The notes beneath the pieces are model-generated. The model saw nothing but the letters and a program-made list of their open reading frames with translations. It made no database searches and was not told where the DNA came from. This document shows, in pieces, positions 1-9,986 of a stretch of DNA of 64,000 nt; the first letter of the stretch is position 1; every line of letters starts with the position of its first letter. Position numbers and translations under genes: made by a program. Source of the stretch: a bacterium (GTDB lineage Bacteria > SAR324 > XYD2-FULL-50-16 > G965216635); assembly GCA_965216635.1 (NCBI GenBank), contig OZ244188.1, positions 2,330,644 through 2,394,643 on the forward strand, read 5' to 3'.

Positions 1-752
1 ATTTAATCTCACAACAAGCAGCTGTTAGTAATTTGGAGCTGGCTCTTTTATCTAAAAAATCAGAGTTAGCCGATGTGCGAGAACAACTGGCAGCTCTTTT
101 TCAAGATAAAAACTTTTTGGATTCGGAAATCCCCGAAATAAACATTTTTAGTTTAGATTTTTCTATAGAAAAAAATTTAAACAACTATCTTAAAGAGAAT
201 TCGCGGGTTTTAAGAATCATCCAATACCAAAAACAACAAAATCAGAGACAACAAAAAAGCTACCACAACCAAAAACAAATACAATTGGATTTATCTCTAA
301 GCGCTTCGCAATTGGATGAGATAACGGACACTACCTCTGGTAGCAGCTCTAATGGTGGCAGCTCTAATTATGAAATTGCTCTGCAATTTTCTTTACCACT
401 AGGGAATAATCAAGCAGAGGGTCAACTCGCAGAGTCTCTTTTACAGCTGCAGCAATTAAACTATAATTACGATTCAGAGTTTAGAAATTTATTAGCAAAC
501 TTACGAGGATTGGAAACAAGGTTAAAAATTTTAGAAGATACTTTAGCTTTAAACACAAACCAAATTTCTCTAGCTAGACTGAGAACATTAGAAGAAATGA
601 GAAGATATAAACTTGGACACGGTAGTAGTGTTTTGGTTTTACAAGCCCAGGACAACGAGCAGAACGCGGAAGTGGGTTTTGCTCAAATAGCTGTTGTCTA
701 TCAAAAAATAGTCTTACAGTATATGGCTTTATTAGATAAGTTATTACCTTAG
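1..752 (+). CDS. TolC-family outer membrane efflux protein, 5'-truncated by window edge
   Basis: Frame is open back to the window start; TolC-like C-terminal half (YEIALQFSLPLGN, RYKLGHGSSVLVLQAQ); RND gene downstream. Confidence 0.8.
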   Translation, partial: LISQQAAVSNLELALLSKKSELADVREQLAALFQDKNFLDSEIPEINIFSLDFSIEKNLNNYLKENSRVLRIIQYQKQQNQRQQKSYHNQKQIQLDLSLSASQLDEITDTTSGSSSNGGSSNYEIALQFSLPLGNNQAEGQLAESLLQLQQLNYNYDSEFRNLLANLRGLETRLKILEDTLALNTNQISLARLRTLEEMRRYKLGHGSSVLVLQAQDNEQNAEVGFAQIAVVYQKIVLQYMALLDKLLP

Positions 753-809
753 TTTTAATAATTTTGAGAATTATACGTTTTAAAAATCAAATTTTATAAT
801 TAGAAAATA

Positions 810-2141
810 ATGGCAGCATCAAACATAAAAAACCGCACTATCTTCTGTAAAGATAATTTAGATATTTTAGAGGGTATAAATAGTGATTGTATTGATTTGA
901 TTTATTTAGACCCACCTTTTAATACGAACAAGATATGGCATGCACCGATAGGTAGTAATGCTGAAGGAGCAAAGTTTGATGATGTTTTTAAAGAAGAAGA
1001 CGTTAAGGACGAATGGCTTGAAACAATTAAAGAAGATTATGATGAATTGTATGATTTCTTAAGAGGAATAAAGAGAATAGGGCATCAATCAAATTTTTGT
1101 TATTTGTGCTATATGGCAATTCGTCTTATTGAGATGTACCGTATTTTAAAAGATACGGGTAATATTTATTTACACTGCGACTCTACGATGAGCCATTATC
1201 TTAAAATAGTATTAGATTGTGTTTTTGATGAGAAGAATTTTAGAAATGAGATTGTTTGGTGTTACGAAGATGTTGGAGGGAGAGCTACGAAATATTTTAA
1301 AAGAAAAAAAGATGTAATATTTTTTTATCAAAAAGCAGACACTAAAGATAGAATTTTTAATCAACAACACAAACAATTATCAAAAAGCACTATAGAAAGA
1401 TATGGGAAATATTTTGATGGAAATGGAATTATAACATACCAAAAATTAAAAGATTCTAGTCCTGGCGCTTTTAAAAAATTAAAAGGAATTCCAGATGATT
1501 TATCAAAAATATGGTTAGATAAAAATAAAGGACAGCCTATTTCAGATTGGTGGATAGATATATCAACTATTAAAAAAGGATTTAATGAATCTACAGGCTA
1601 TCCAACACAAAAACCATTAAAGCTATTAGGTAGAATTATAAAAGCAAGTACAAACAAAGGGGATATAGTATTAGATCCTTTTTGTGGTTGTGCGACGACT
1701 TGCGTTGCTAGTGAAATGTTAGAAAGACAATGGATTGGAATTGATGTCTCTATTGAAGCATATAATCTAGTAAAATCAAGACTAGTAAAAGAAGTAAAAC
1801 CAGCATTACTAGATCCTGAAAAAGCAGTAAATTTTTCAACCGCCATACCAGTAAGAGAGGATGTGGCTAAGGATTATAGACTTAAAAAATGGGTGTATGT
1901 TATTTCAAATCCAAAATACGAAGGAGAATACAAGGTAGGTATAGCTAAATATGTAGAAGCTAGATTGAATTCTTATCAAACATCAGACCCTGACCGTTCT
2001 TATAAACTTGAATATAAACTAGAAACTCCTTTTTTTAGAGAAATAGAAAAATTCATACTAGACAAGTTTGCCAACAAGCACGAATGGGTAACAGCTGAAT
2101 TAAAAAGTATTATCAAAGAAATTAAAAGTTATAAAGAATAA
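810..2141 (+). CDS. Beta-class N6/N4 DNA methyltransferase fused to a C-terminal GIY-YIG/T5orf172-like domain
   Basis: DLIYLDPPF near the N-terminus, YPTQKP and LDPFCGCATT later; tail WVYVISNPKYEGEYKVGIA..EARL..YQT. Confidence 0.85.
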   Translation: MAASNIKNRTIFCKDNLDILEGINSDCIDLIYLDPPFNTNKIWHAPIGSNAEGAKFDDVFKEEDVKDEWLETIKEDYDELYDFLRGIKRIGHQSNFCYLCYMAIRLIEMYRILKDTGNIYLHCDSTMSHYLKIVLDCVFDEKNFRNEIVWCYEDVGGRATKYFKRKKDVIFFYQKADTKDRIFNQQHKQLSKSTIERYGKYFDGNGIITYQKLKDSSPGAFKKLKGIPDDLSKIWLDKNKGQPISDWWIDISTIKKGFNESTGYPTQKPLKLLGRIIKASTNKGDIVLDPFCGCATTCVASEMLERQWIGIDVSIEAYNLVKSRLVKEVKPALLDPEKAVNFSTAIPVREDVAKDYRLKKWVYVISNPKYEGEYKVGIAKYVEARLNSYQTSDPDRSYKLEYKLETPFFREIEKFILDKFANKHEWVTAELKSIIKEIKSYKE

Positions 2142-2421
2142 ACTATGCCGTATAGTAGATATAAAAAAAACCAAAGACAGCCTACGAGGGAGCGAGCTTG
2201 CAATAATGAGATTTTTAACCCCCAAAACGAAAATGATCTACAACCAAAGGCAGAAAAGGTGTTGGGTAAAGAAAAAATTATGCAGATTGAGATGAAGTTT
2301 TAAAACACGCATTTTTACAAATCAATGTCTATAAATAAAACAGGAACTGGGTTTTTAAGCGTATAATTCCTATAATTTTTATAAAAACTTTTATAAAAAT
2401 TTCTATGATTAAATAAATAAT

Positions 2422-5400
2422 ATGAAAAAAATTTTTCGTTTTTTTGCAGAAAGACACCTTTTGGCAATCATTTTCACAGCTATTATTTTACTTTTGGGAG
2501 TCAGAGCTATTAGTGATGTGCAAAGAGAAGAATTGCCGAAGGTTGAGTTTAATGTGATGTTTGTTTTTGCAGCTTACCCTAATGCTTCGCCTGAAGATGT
2601 GGAAATTAATGTTACCAATAAAATAGAGGACGAATTAAAAGGACTCAACGGTATAGATTATTACGAGTCTTTTTCTAATGAAAATTCTTCTCTAGTGTTG
2701 ATTTTTTTAGAACCAGATTTAACCGATGTAGACACAGTAAAGCAAGATATTCGCGACGCCGTATCTCGTGTGTCTGGCTTGCCGAGTGAAGTTGAAAAAC
2801 CAGTGGCTAAGCAATTTAAAATTTCCGAAGAGGCTATTTTTAAATTTGGTATTTTTGGCAATCTGCCTTATCAGGAAATTCGTAATCTAGCAGATACATT
2901 TGAGGAAAAACTTTTAAAAGTAGACGGAGTTTCTATTATAGAAAAGAATGGTTATTTGGATAGAGAAATAAAAATAACGGTAAATTCAGAAAAATTATTA
3001 AAACACAAAATTGCTTTAAGCAGTATTATTCTAGCGATTCAGGCAAGAAATATTCGCTCAGCTGCGGGTAATTTAGAATCCTATTCTAACGAAAAAAACA
3101 TTGTTACTTTGGCTCAATTTCGTAGCCCCAAAGAGGTAGGCAAGGTTGTTTTATCTGCCAATTTTGAGGGACCTATTGTATTGATAGACGATATTGCTAC
3201 GATTGAAGACGGCTTTGAAGAGACAGATACTATTTCTCGCTTTAATGGAAAACAGGGTATTTCTTTTGGTATCAAAAAAAAAGAAACCGCAGATGTAATC
3301 CGCACAGTAGATGCTATAAAAAAGACTCTCCAAGAATTAGAAGAAAATCTTCCCCCAGAAATTTCTCTAGTTCAAATTGAAGATAACTCCGATTTTGTAC
3401 GAAACCGCCTACAGGTAGTTCTGAAAAATGGCGCTATTGGATTGATCTTAGTGCTGGTGCTATTGGGACTTTTTATGAATCTTAAATCTGCTTTTTGGGT
3501 AGGTTTGAGTATTCCAGTGACTTTACTAGGCACTGTTTTTTTGTTGTATGTAACAGGGGAAACCATCAATGCTATTGCTTTAGCAGGTATGATTTTGGTT
3601 TTAGGGATTGTAGTAGATGATTCCATCATTGTAGCAGAGAATATCTATACTCATAGACAAAAAGGTAAACCCGCTACTCAGGCGATTTTGGACGCTTTAA
3701 AAGAAGTCTATCCTCCGGTAGTAACCACAATTTTAACCACCCTTCTGGCTTTCGGTGCTATGTTTTTTATTAGTGGGACTATCGGCAAATTTGTTTATGT
3801 AATTCCTTTTGTGGTTACCTGCGCCCTTTTGATTTCTTTATTAGAGGTAACCATCGCATTGCCTCCACATGTAGGTAGCGCTATTGGAAAAAAAGAACTC
3901 AAACAAAAAAAGTGGGTGCTTTTTTTGGAAAAAAAATTTTATCAATATATTAAATTCGTTCTTAAAATACGCTACCTCACAGTTTTTATTTTTTTAATGA
4001 TTTTGGTAGGATCGGGTATATTAGCAGTAAAAAAACTAAAATTTAATCTTTTTCCTTCTATCAGCTCCAAACAGATTTCAGCTAGTGTCAAGCTACCTTT
4101 GGGCAGCTCGATTAAAGCGAGTTCGGATGTTGTAGCCGAAGTAGAAAAAATCATTGCTAGCCTTCCTAAAAACGAATTACAAACTTTTATTTCTACCATC
4201 GGCAAGACGGGGGGAAATTTTGGCTCTTTGAAGAGCAACGAGAGTCAAATTAGAATCGTGCTTACTCCTGAAACCGAAAGAAAAAGAAGCTCTGCTGAAA
4301 TAGTTGAAGAACTAGAACAAAAAGTAAAATCTATTCAAGCTGCGGAAAAAATTAGTTTTAGGGTTGTGAGTGAAGGACCTGGGGGCGTAGAAAGAGATGT
4401 TTCTTTAAGGTTGGTAAGCTCTAATAATGCGAAAAAATTAGCTGCTAGCAATCGGCTAGAAGAAATTTTGAGAGAAATCAAAGGAGTAAAAAATATAGAT
4501 AGAAACGATAAGGCTGGAAAACCGCAATTAGAAATTAAACTGGACTATTCTAAAATGGCTCGTTTAGGAATTTCTGTGAGCACGGTTTCAAGAAATTTGC
4601 GAATTGCTTTAAATGGAGAAACTGCCACTAGTGTTCGCTACGGAAAGGACGATGTGGATTTTAGAGTGATCGTAGAAAAAGGCATTCGTAGCAATTCGCA
4701 GTCCTTGAAAAATTTACGCATTCCCAATCTTACGGGACAACTTATTCCTTTATATCAATTTGCAAAATTCGTATATGTGGATTCACCCGCTGAATTTTGG
4801 CATTATAACGGTGAAAGAGCAACGACTATTTCGGCAGATGTAGATGATAAGGTAACTACTTCGGGCGAAGCCAATCAAAAAGCAATAGAAAGTTTGGATA
4901 TTGCAAAAAATTTTCCTGAAGTAAGGCTAGAGCTTGCGGGCGAAGCCAAAGAAGATAGAGAGTCTTTAATTAGTCTAGCCAAAACCTTTATAATTGCAAT
5001 CGCTGCCATATATCTTCTGTTGGTAATTCTTTTTAATTCTTTATTTCAGCCTTTTTTAGTTTTATTAGCGGTGCCTTTTGGAATTGTAGGAGTCATTGTT
5101 GCCTTTTATCTACACAGGATGAATTTGAGTTTTTTGGCTCTTTTGGGAACTATCGGTATGGCAGGAGTAGTGATTAACGATTCTTTGGTTTTAGTCAATC
5201 ATATTAACCAAAAATTAAAGAAAAACTCCGAAGAAAATATTTTAAAAACAGTTGCTATAGGTACTAAAGAAAGGTTTAGAGCAGTAATTTTAACTACGCT
5301 TACAACAGTAGCGGGGTTACTACCTCTGGCTTATGGACTGGGCGGAAGTGATGAATTTTTGAAACCGATGACTCTATCAATGGGTTATGGATTGCTCTTT

Positions 5401-5535
5401 GCGACCTTTATTACTTTAGGGCTACTCCCGTGTATGTATAGTATAGGAGCAGATATAAAGAATTTTCTAACAAAAGTAAAGAGTTTTTTGCTGAATAGTT
5501 TTGTTTTTCTTTATTCCAAAAAATCTAAAAAATAG
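2422..5535 (+). CDS. AcrB/AcrD/AcrF-family RND transporter permease
   Basis: 1037 aa; YPNASPEDVE, GIVVDDSIIVAENI, GVVINDSLVLV, RFRAVILTTLTT. Confidence 0.95.
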   Translation: MKKIFRFFAERHLLAIIFTAIILLLGVRAISDVQREELPKVEFNVMFVFAAYPNASPEDVEINVTNKIEDELKGLNGIDYYESFSNENSSLVLIFLEPDLTDVDTVKQDIRDAVSRVSGLPSEVEKPVAKQFKISEEAIFKFGIFGNLPYQEIRNLADTFEEKLLKVDGVSIIEKNGYLDREIKITVNSEKLLKHKIALSSIILAIQARNIRSAAGNLESYSNEKNIVTLAQFRSPKEVGKVVLSANFEGPIVLIDDIATIEDGFEETDTISRFNGKQGISFGIKKKETADVIRTVDAIKKTLQELEENLPPEISLVQIEDNSDFVRNRLQVVLKNGAIGLILVLVLLGLFMNLKSAFWVGLSIPVTLLGTVFLLYVTGETINAIALAGMILVLGIVVDDSIIVAENIYTHRQKGKPATQAILDALKEVYPPVVTTILTTLLAFGAMFFISGTIGKFVYVIPFVVTCALLISLLEVTIALPPHVGSAIGKKELKQKKWVLFLEKKFYQYIKFVLKIRYLTVFIFLMILVGSGILAVKKLKFNLFPSISSKQISASVKLPLGSSIKASSDVVAEVEKIIASLPKNELQTFISTIGKTGGNFGSLKSNESQIRIVLTPETERKRSSAEIVEELEQKVKSIQAAEKISFRVVSEGPGGVERDVSLRLVSSNNAKKLAASNRLEEILREIKGVKNIDRNDKAGKPQLEIKLDYSKMARLGISVSTVSRNLRIALNGETATSVRYGKDDVDFRVIVEKGIRSNSQSLKNLRIPNLTGQLIPLYQFAKFVYVDSPAEFWHYNGERATTISADVDDKVTTSGEANQKAIESLDIAKNFPEVRLELAGEAKEDRESLISLAKTFIIAIAAIYLLLVILFNSLFQPFLVLLAVPFGIVGVIVAFYLHRMNLSFLALLGTIGMAGVVINDSLVLVNHINQKLKKNSEENILKTVAIGTKERFRAVILTTLTTVAGLLPLAYGLGGSDEFLKPMTLSMGYGLLFATFITLGLLPCMYSIGADIKNFLTKVKSFLLNSFVFLYSKKSKK

Positions 5536-5561
5536 ATTATTTTATTTTTTTAATTTTTTAC

Positions 5562-5590
5562 TTGACAGTTTTACTAATTATTATTAGTTT
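5562..5590 (+). promoter_or_regulatory. Putative sigma70 promoter of the methylamine cluster
   Basis: TTGACA-17 nt-TAGTTT, 75 bp upstream of the ATG at 5666. Confidence 0.45.
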
Positions 5591-5665
5591 GTCCTAGAAT
5601 ATAATTTGTAAAAAAATTAATTCTTATATAAAAACAACGTAATCAACATAACTCTTATAAAAGAA

Positions 5666-7000
5666 ATGCAATCAACAAAGTATTTAATCATAGGTGCAGG
5701 TATTCACGGACTGAGCACCGCTTATCATTTAGCCAAACAATTAAAACAAACAAATAAGGGTAGTGGCACAGATATACTCGTTATTGATAAAAAAGCTATA
5801 GGAGCAGGTGCTTCAGGGATTGCTTGCGGGGTTGTGCGTAATAATTATTCCCAAAGTCCTATGCGTAAATTGATGCAGCATAGTGTGAATGTATGGGAAG
5901 AAGATCCTCAAGCCTACAGTTATCATCCCGTAGGCTATATGCAGGTAAATACAGAATTTATGGTGGGAAATACAACTAGAATAGCCCAAGAACAAAAAGA
6001 TATTGGCTATGAGTCTGAGTTTATTCAGGGAGAAAAGGACTGCGATAAATATATGAAAAATTTTTTTGATGATTGGCAAGCGAAAGATATTGCTTCTATT
6101 CTGCACGAAAAAAAAGGAGGCTATGCTAATAATATGAAATCTTTGGAAGGTTTAGCGAACAAAGCAAAAGCAGAAGGAGTGAAGTTTTTAGAGGGAGTGG
6201 AAGTCACAGGCTTTACAATGTCTTCTTCTGGAAAACAGATTGATGCGGCTAAAACCAATAAAGGTGAGATTGAGTGCGAGTTCATTGTGCTTGCCCCAGG
6301 GCCTTGGGCTGGTGCTTTTTGGGATATGCTCTCTTTACCCAAAAAGATAGAAATCAATTATAAAGGAAAACAAACCAACGATGTCCAAATGTGGACTTAC
6401 TGGTGTCTACAAGAAGGAACACTAGGCATTCCTCCAGATAATTTCAAAATGAACGACGGAGGCGATCCTCCCGTAATTCATGTAGATTCTGACAACCCTC
6501 TTTATTCCTTAAAAGATCCTACTAAACTTTGCGCAGATGTATGGGGAATTTATTACAAACCAGATTTTTGCTTTCACGGGCTACAAGGCGGAGCTATGCC
6601 TTATATTATTGATAAAAACCCAGAAGATGTGGTTGTAGACCCTTACGGTACAGAATCTCCAGAATATACAGTACAACCGAGTTTTGTAGAACTTTGGTTA
6701 GCGGCTCTTGCTCACTGCCATAAAAGATTTGAAAACGTGTCTCACCTTTACAAAGATGAACCTTCAGGGGGAATTGGAGCTTTTACTCCCGATAATTTTC
6801 CCGTATTCGATATTTTCAAGAATAACTGTTATTTTTTGGCTGATTCCAATCACGGCTATAAGATGATTGGAATAGGCAAGCTGGTTGCGGAAGAAATTAC
6901 TACTGGAAATAAATCTGAATTGCTAGAACCTTTTAGATTTTCAAGGTATAAAGAAGGAAAACTAATGCCTACTTCTAATAGTCCTTTTCCTTGGTCTTAA
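5666..7000 (+). CDS. FAD-dependent oxidoreductase, DAO/sarcosine-oxidase-beta-like
   Basis: IIGAGIHGLSTAYHL, GASGIACGVVRNNY, FTPDNFPV, HGYKMIG; heads the methylamine cluster. Confidence 0.85.
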   Translation: MQSTKYLIIGAGIHGLSTAYHLAKQLKQTNKGSGTDILVIDKKAIGAGASGIACGVVRNNYSQSPMRKLMQHSVNVWEEDPQAYSYHPVGYMQVNTEFMVGNTTRIAQEQKDIGYESEFIQGEKDCDKYMKNFFDDWQAKDIASILHEKKGGYANNMKSLEGLANKAKAEGVKFLEGVEVTGFTMSSSGKQIDAAKTNKGEIECEFIVLAPGPWAGAFWDMLSLPKKIEINYKGKQTNDVQMWTYWCLQEGTLGIPPDNFKMNDGGDPPVIHVDSDNPLYSLKDPTKLCADVWGIYYKPDFCFHGLQGGAMPYIIDKNPEDVVVDPYGTESPEYTVQPSFVELWLAALAHCHKRFENVSHLYKDEPSGGIGAFTPDNFPVFDIFKNNCYFLADSNHGYKMIGIGKLVAEEITTGNKSELLEPFRFSRYKEGKLMPTSNSPFPWS

Positions 7001-7018
7001 ATTTTTAAGACTGAAAGA

Positions 7019-7414
7019 ATGGAAAAAAAAGGTTCGTGTTTGTGTGGTGAAATATCTTATTCTGTGAAAGGGAAGATGAGAGATGTGATCTATTGCCATT
7101 GCAACCAATGTTTAAAATCACACGGGATTTATGCTGCCTATACGAATGTGAAAAAGGAGCAAATTACTATTGATAATCCCGAGAAGGTTATTTGGTATCA
7201 ATCTTCTGATAAAGCCAAAAGAGGTTTTTGTGGTGTTTGTGGAAGTAGTTTGTTTTGGTGCTTGTTAGATGGAAATACAATTTCCATAGCTGCGGGTAGT
7301 CTTGAACAACCTACTGGATTGAAGGCTAGTGCGAATATTTTTACCCAAAATGCTGGAGATTATTACAAGATAGATGAAAGTTTGAATTGTTACCCTCAAT
7401 CTGCTAATAGATAA
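7019..7414 (+). CDS. GFA/CENP-V family Zn protein (glutathione-dependent formaldehyde-activating enzyme family)
   Basis: GSCLCG, CHCNQC, RGFCGVCGS motifs. Confidence 0.9.
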   Translation: MEKKGSCLCGEISYSVKGKMRDVIYCHCNQCLKSHGIYAAYTNVKKEQITIDNPEKVIWYQSSDKAKRGFCGVCGSSLFWCLLDGNTISIAAGSLEQPTGLKASANIFTQNAGDYYKIDESLNCYPQSANR

Positions 7415-7491
7415 TTTTTTTTTAATAAACTTATGCTCTAGATTTATTTTAGTGCGATAGTTTAAATTTTGACCTTAATTAAAGAAAAACC

Positions 7492-8955
7492 ATGGATATT
7501 GAAGCTTTTGTTAACCAGAGTGGAAGAGCAGAAAGAGTAAAGGAAGTTAGAGCGAAAATCAAAGAACTAGATATTCGGTATATCTATTATCAATTTATTT
7601 CTGTAACTGGTCGGATTGTAGGTAAAGGCGTTCCAGCCGATCACTGGGAGAAACTAGCAGCGTCTGGTTTTCAACTAGTTTATGGCTCTACTGCCAATTT
7701 ATACACAGATAGACACGATAACTATATTGGATATGGACCCGAAGAAGCGGAGTTAGTAGGTATTCCAGAACCTGAAACATTTTGTCAACTGCCTTGGGAT
7801 AAAAGGATAGCTAGAGTGTTTTGCACCTGTTTTCGTAACCGTGAAGAAAAAAAGAATCCAGGAGCCTACTTAACTTCGGATTGTCGTGCCAATTTAAGAT
7901 TGATTCACAAAGAATTTCAAGCAAAGCACGGTATGGAACTAAGGGCTGGGACAGAACCTGAGATGATGTGGCTTACTAGAGACGAAAATGGCAAAGCATC
8001 TACAGGGGTTACAAAACCTAATTGTTACCATATTGATCAATTTGAAGAATTAAGACCTGTTTTTATGAAGGTTATAGAATATAGCAGGGCTATGGGTTTA
8101 GATATTATTCAAGGAGATCACGAAGACGCCCCTGGTCAATTAGAATTGAATTTTAATTACGATGAAGTTTTAAGAAACGCAGACCGTCTATCTACCTATA
8201 GACAAATTTGCGCCCAAGTGGCTCGAGAAAATAATCTGATAGCCTGTTTTATGTCTAAGCCTTTTGCGGGTGTATCTGCTTCTGGTTGTCACCACAATCT
8301 TTCTTTGTGGAAAAACGGCAAAGATGTAGTTAATATGCTTGGCAATGATACATTACCGGGTCTGGATGGCTCTTTTTCTTATCGCAAAGGTGGTGAAAAT
8401 TTATTTATGCCTCCTTCTAAAGATTCTAATAAACCAAGTCAGATGGGTCTAAATTGTATTGGAGGCATTGTAAAACATTTACCAGCCTTGACGGCTTTAG
8501 GCTGTCCTACTGTCAATTCTTATCGTAGACTTTGGGATACTGGTTTTTGGGCTCCTATTTTTTCAGACTGGGGTTATCAAAATAGAACTTGCGGTTTGCG
8601 AGTATCAGCACCCGGAAGATTTGAATATCGTGCTGTAGATTCTTTTGTAAATCCATACCTCATGGGAGGTGCTATCTTAAAAGCCTTTGAATCTGGTATT
8701 GCAAATAATATAGACCCAGGCGAAGCAGAAGAAAGAAATATCTACGAGGCAATAGAAGCAGGTAAAGAAGTGAAAAAATTACCTATGTCACTCGGAGAGG
8801 CTTTAATAGAATTAGAAAAAGATAAGAATATTAATTCTGCTTTACCAGGTGATATGTATAAAGTCTTTATGCAATATAAGAAAAATGAATGGGAGACTTT
8901 TATGCACACAGTGACAGATTGGGACTTAGAAACTTATATAGACTACTTACCTTAA
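7492..8955 (+). CDS. gmaS: Glutamine-synthetase-like gamma-glutamylamide ligase, probably gamma-glutamylmethylamide synthetase
   Basis: GTEPE, DHEDAPGQLE, FMSKP, GCHHNLS, PTVNSYRRL, WGYQNRT, RFEYR; adjacent to mgsABC/mgd genes. Substrate inferred from context. Confidence 0.75.
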   Translation: MDIEAFVNQSGRAERVKEVRAKIKELDIRYIYYQFISVTGRIVGKGVPADHWEKLAASGFQLVYGSTANLYTDRHDNYIGYGPEEAELVGIPEPETFCQLPWDKRIARVFCTCFRNREEKKNPGAYLTSDCRANLRLIHKEFQAKHGMELRAGTEPEMMWLTRDENGKASTGVTKPNCYHIDQFEELRPVFMKVIEYSRAMGLDIIQGDHEDAPGQLELNFNYDEVLRNADRLSTYRQICAQVARENNLIACFMSKPFAGVSASGCHHNLSLWKNGKDVVNMLGNDTLPGLDGSFSYRKGGENLFMPPSKDSNKPSQMGLNCIGGIVKHLPALTALGCPTVNSYRRLWDTGFWAPIFSDWGYQNRTCGLRVSAPGRFEYRAVDSFVNPYLMGGAILKAFESGIANNIDPGEAEERNIYEAIEAGKEVKKLPMSLGEALIELEKDKNINSALPGDMYKVFMQYKKNEWETFMHTVTDWDLETYIDYLP

Positions 8956-9025
8956 ATATCAGTATTATTTCAACTCAAACAATCATTGCCTAGTTTTGTA
9001 TTTTGCTGAACTAGGTTGATTTACT

Positions 9026-9430
9026 ATGAACGAACAAAAAAATAGTGATTGGGTGAGTTGGTTTAATGTGATTTTGAGTGTAGTTAATGTCACTGCTTTG
9101 CTTATTTGGTTCTTTGCTTATGTAAAAATAGAAAAGCCTGAAAGAACTTATGATATATTCTTGGGCATATTTGGTGGATTGGCTTTAATGATCACTATTT
9201 TAGCTTTAGGCATTGCTATTCTATCTTTTGTTGGCTATCGTAATATTCAAAGAATAGTTGAAGAAAAGTTGGATTCAGATTTGCGGAATCAAATTATCAC
9301 AGATAAAAGCATCAAAAAATGGGTAAGAGATTTGATTAAAGAAGAAATTAAAGAGGAAAGAGAAGAAAATATCAGCACTGAAGAACCGATTAAACTTAAA
9401 AAAAACAACGAACTAATAACAATAAAATGA
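9026..9430 (+). CDS. Two-TM membrane protein with charged C-terminal tail
   Basis: Two hydrophobic stretches then E/K-rich tail; ATGA overlap with next gene; similar to 36517..36894. Confidence 0.75.
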   Translation: MNEQKNSDWVSWFNVILSVVNVTALLIWFFAYVKIEKPERTYDIFLGIFGGLALMITILALGIAILSFVGYRNIQRIVEEKLDSDLRNQIITDKSIKKWVRDLIKEEIKEEREENISTEEPIKLKKNNELITIK

Positions 9431-9921
9431 AAAAAAAAGATATTATGAATGAGAACATTCAGATTCTAGAAAAACATCAAACAATACCAGTAGATATAAT
9501 AAAGTTATCAAAAGAATTAGGGATAAGACTTTTCGGAAATACAGAATGGGCAGATAATATTTCAGGAGCTATAGCTAAAGACCCTGATAGTGAAAGTGGA
9601 TATTCAATTTATGTTAATATAAACCACCACCCTAATAGACAGAGATTTACTATTGCACACGAGATAGCTCATTATATTTTTCATAAAGAACAAATAGGAG
9701 ATGGAATACGAGAAGATATACTTTTTAGGAGTAGTTTGTCTAATGATCTAGAAAAAGAAGCCAATTCTTGGGCATCTGAAATTCTTATGCCAGACCATTT
9801 GTTAAAAAAAGAAGAAGAAAAAGATATAGAAAAACTTGCAAAAAAATTTGAAGTTTCAACACAAGCTATGGCAATAAAAATGGGACTAGCTTCAGGCATT
9901 CCTTACGATTACAAAAGATAA
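9427..9921 (+). CDS. Stand-alone ImmA/IrrE-family Zn metallopeptidase
   Basis: RQRFTIAHEIAH, EKEANSWASEILMP, LAKKFEVS; no N-terminal HTH. Confidence 0.9.
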   Translation: MKKKDIMNENIQILEKHQTIPVDIIKLSKELGIRLFGNTEWADNISGAIAKDPDSESGYSIYVNINHHPNRQRFTIAHEIAHYIFHKEQIGDGIREDILFRSSLSNDLEKEANSWASEILMPDHLLKKEEEKDIEKLAKKFEVSTQAMAIKMGLASGIPYDYKR

Positions 9922-9986
9922 AAGTTTAGTTTATATTCAAAAAAATCATCTAAATTTTTTTTATTAACCTTAAATTATAAAAAACT

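Noticed and set aside
2145..2303. 52-aa ORF after the methyltransferase (MPYSRYKKNQ...)
   Set aside because: Plausible start 3 bp after the stop but no recognisable motif; cannot tell a gene from a remnant
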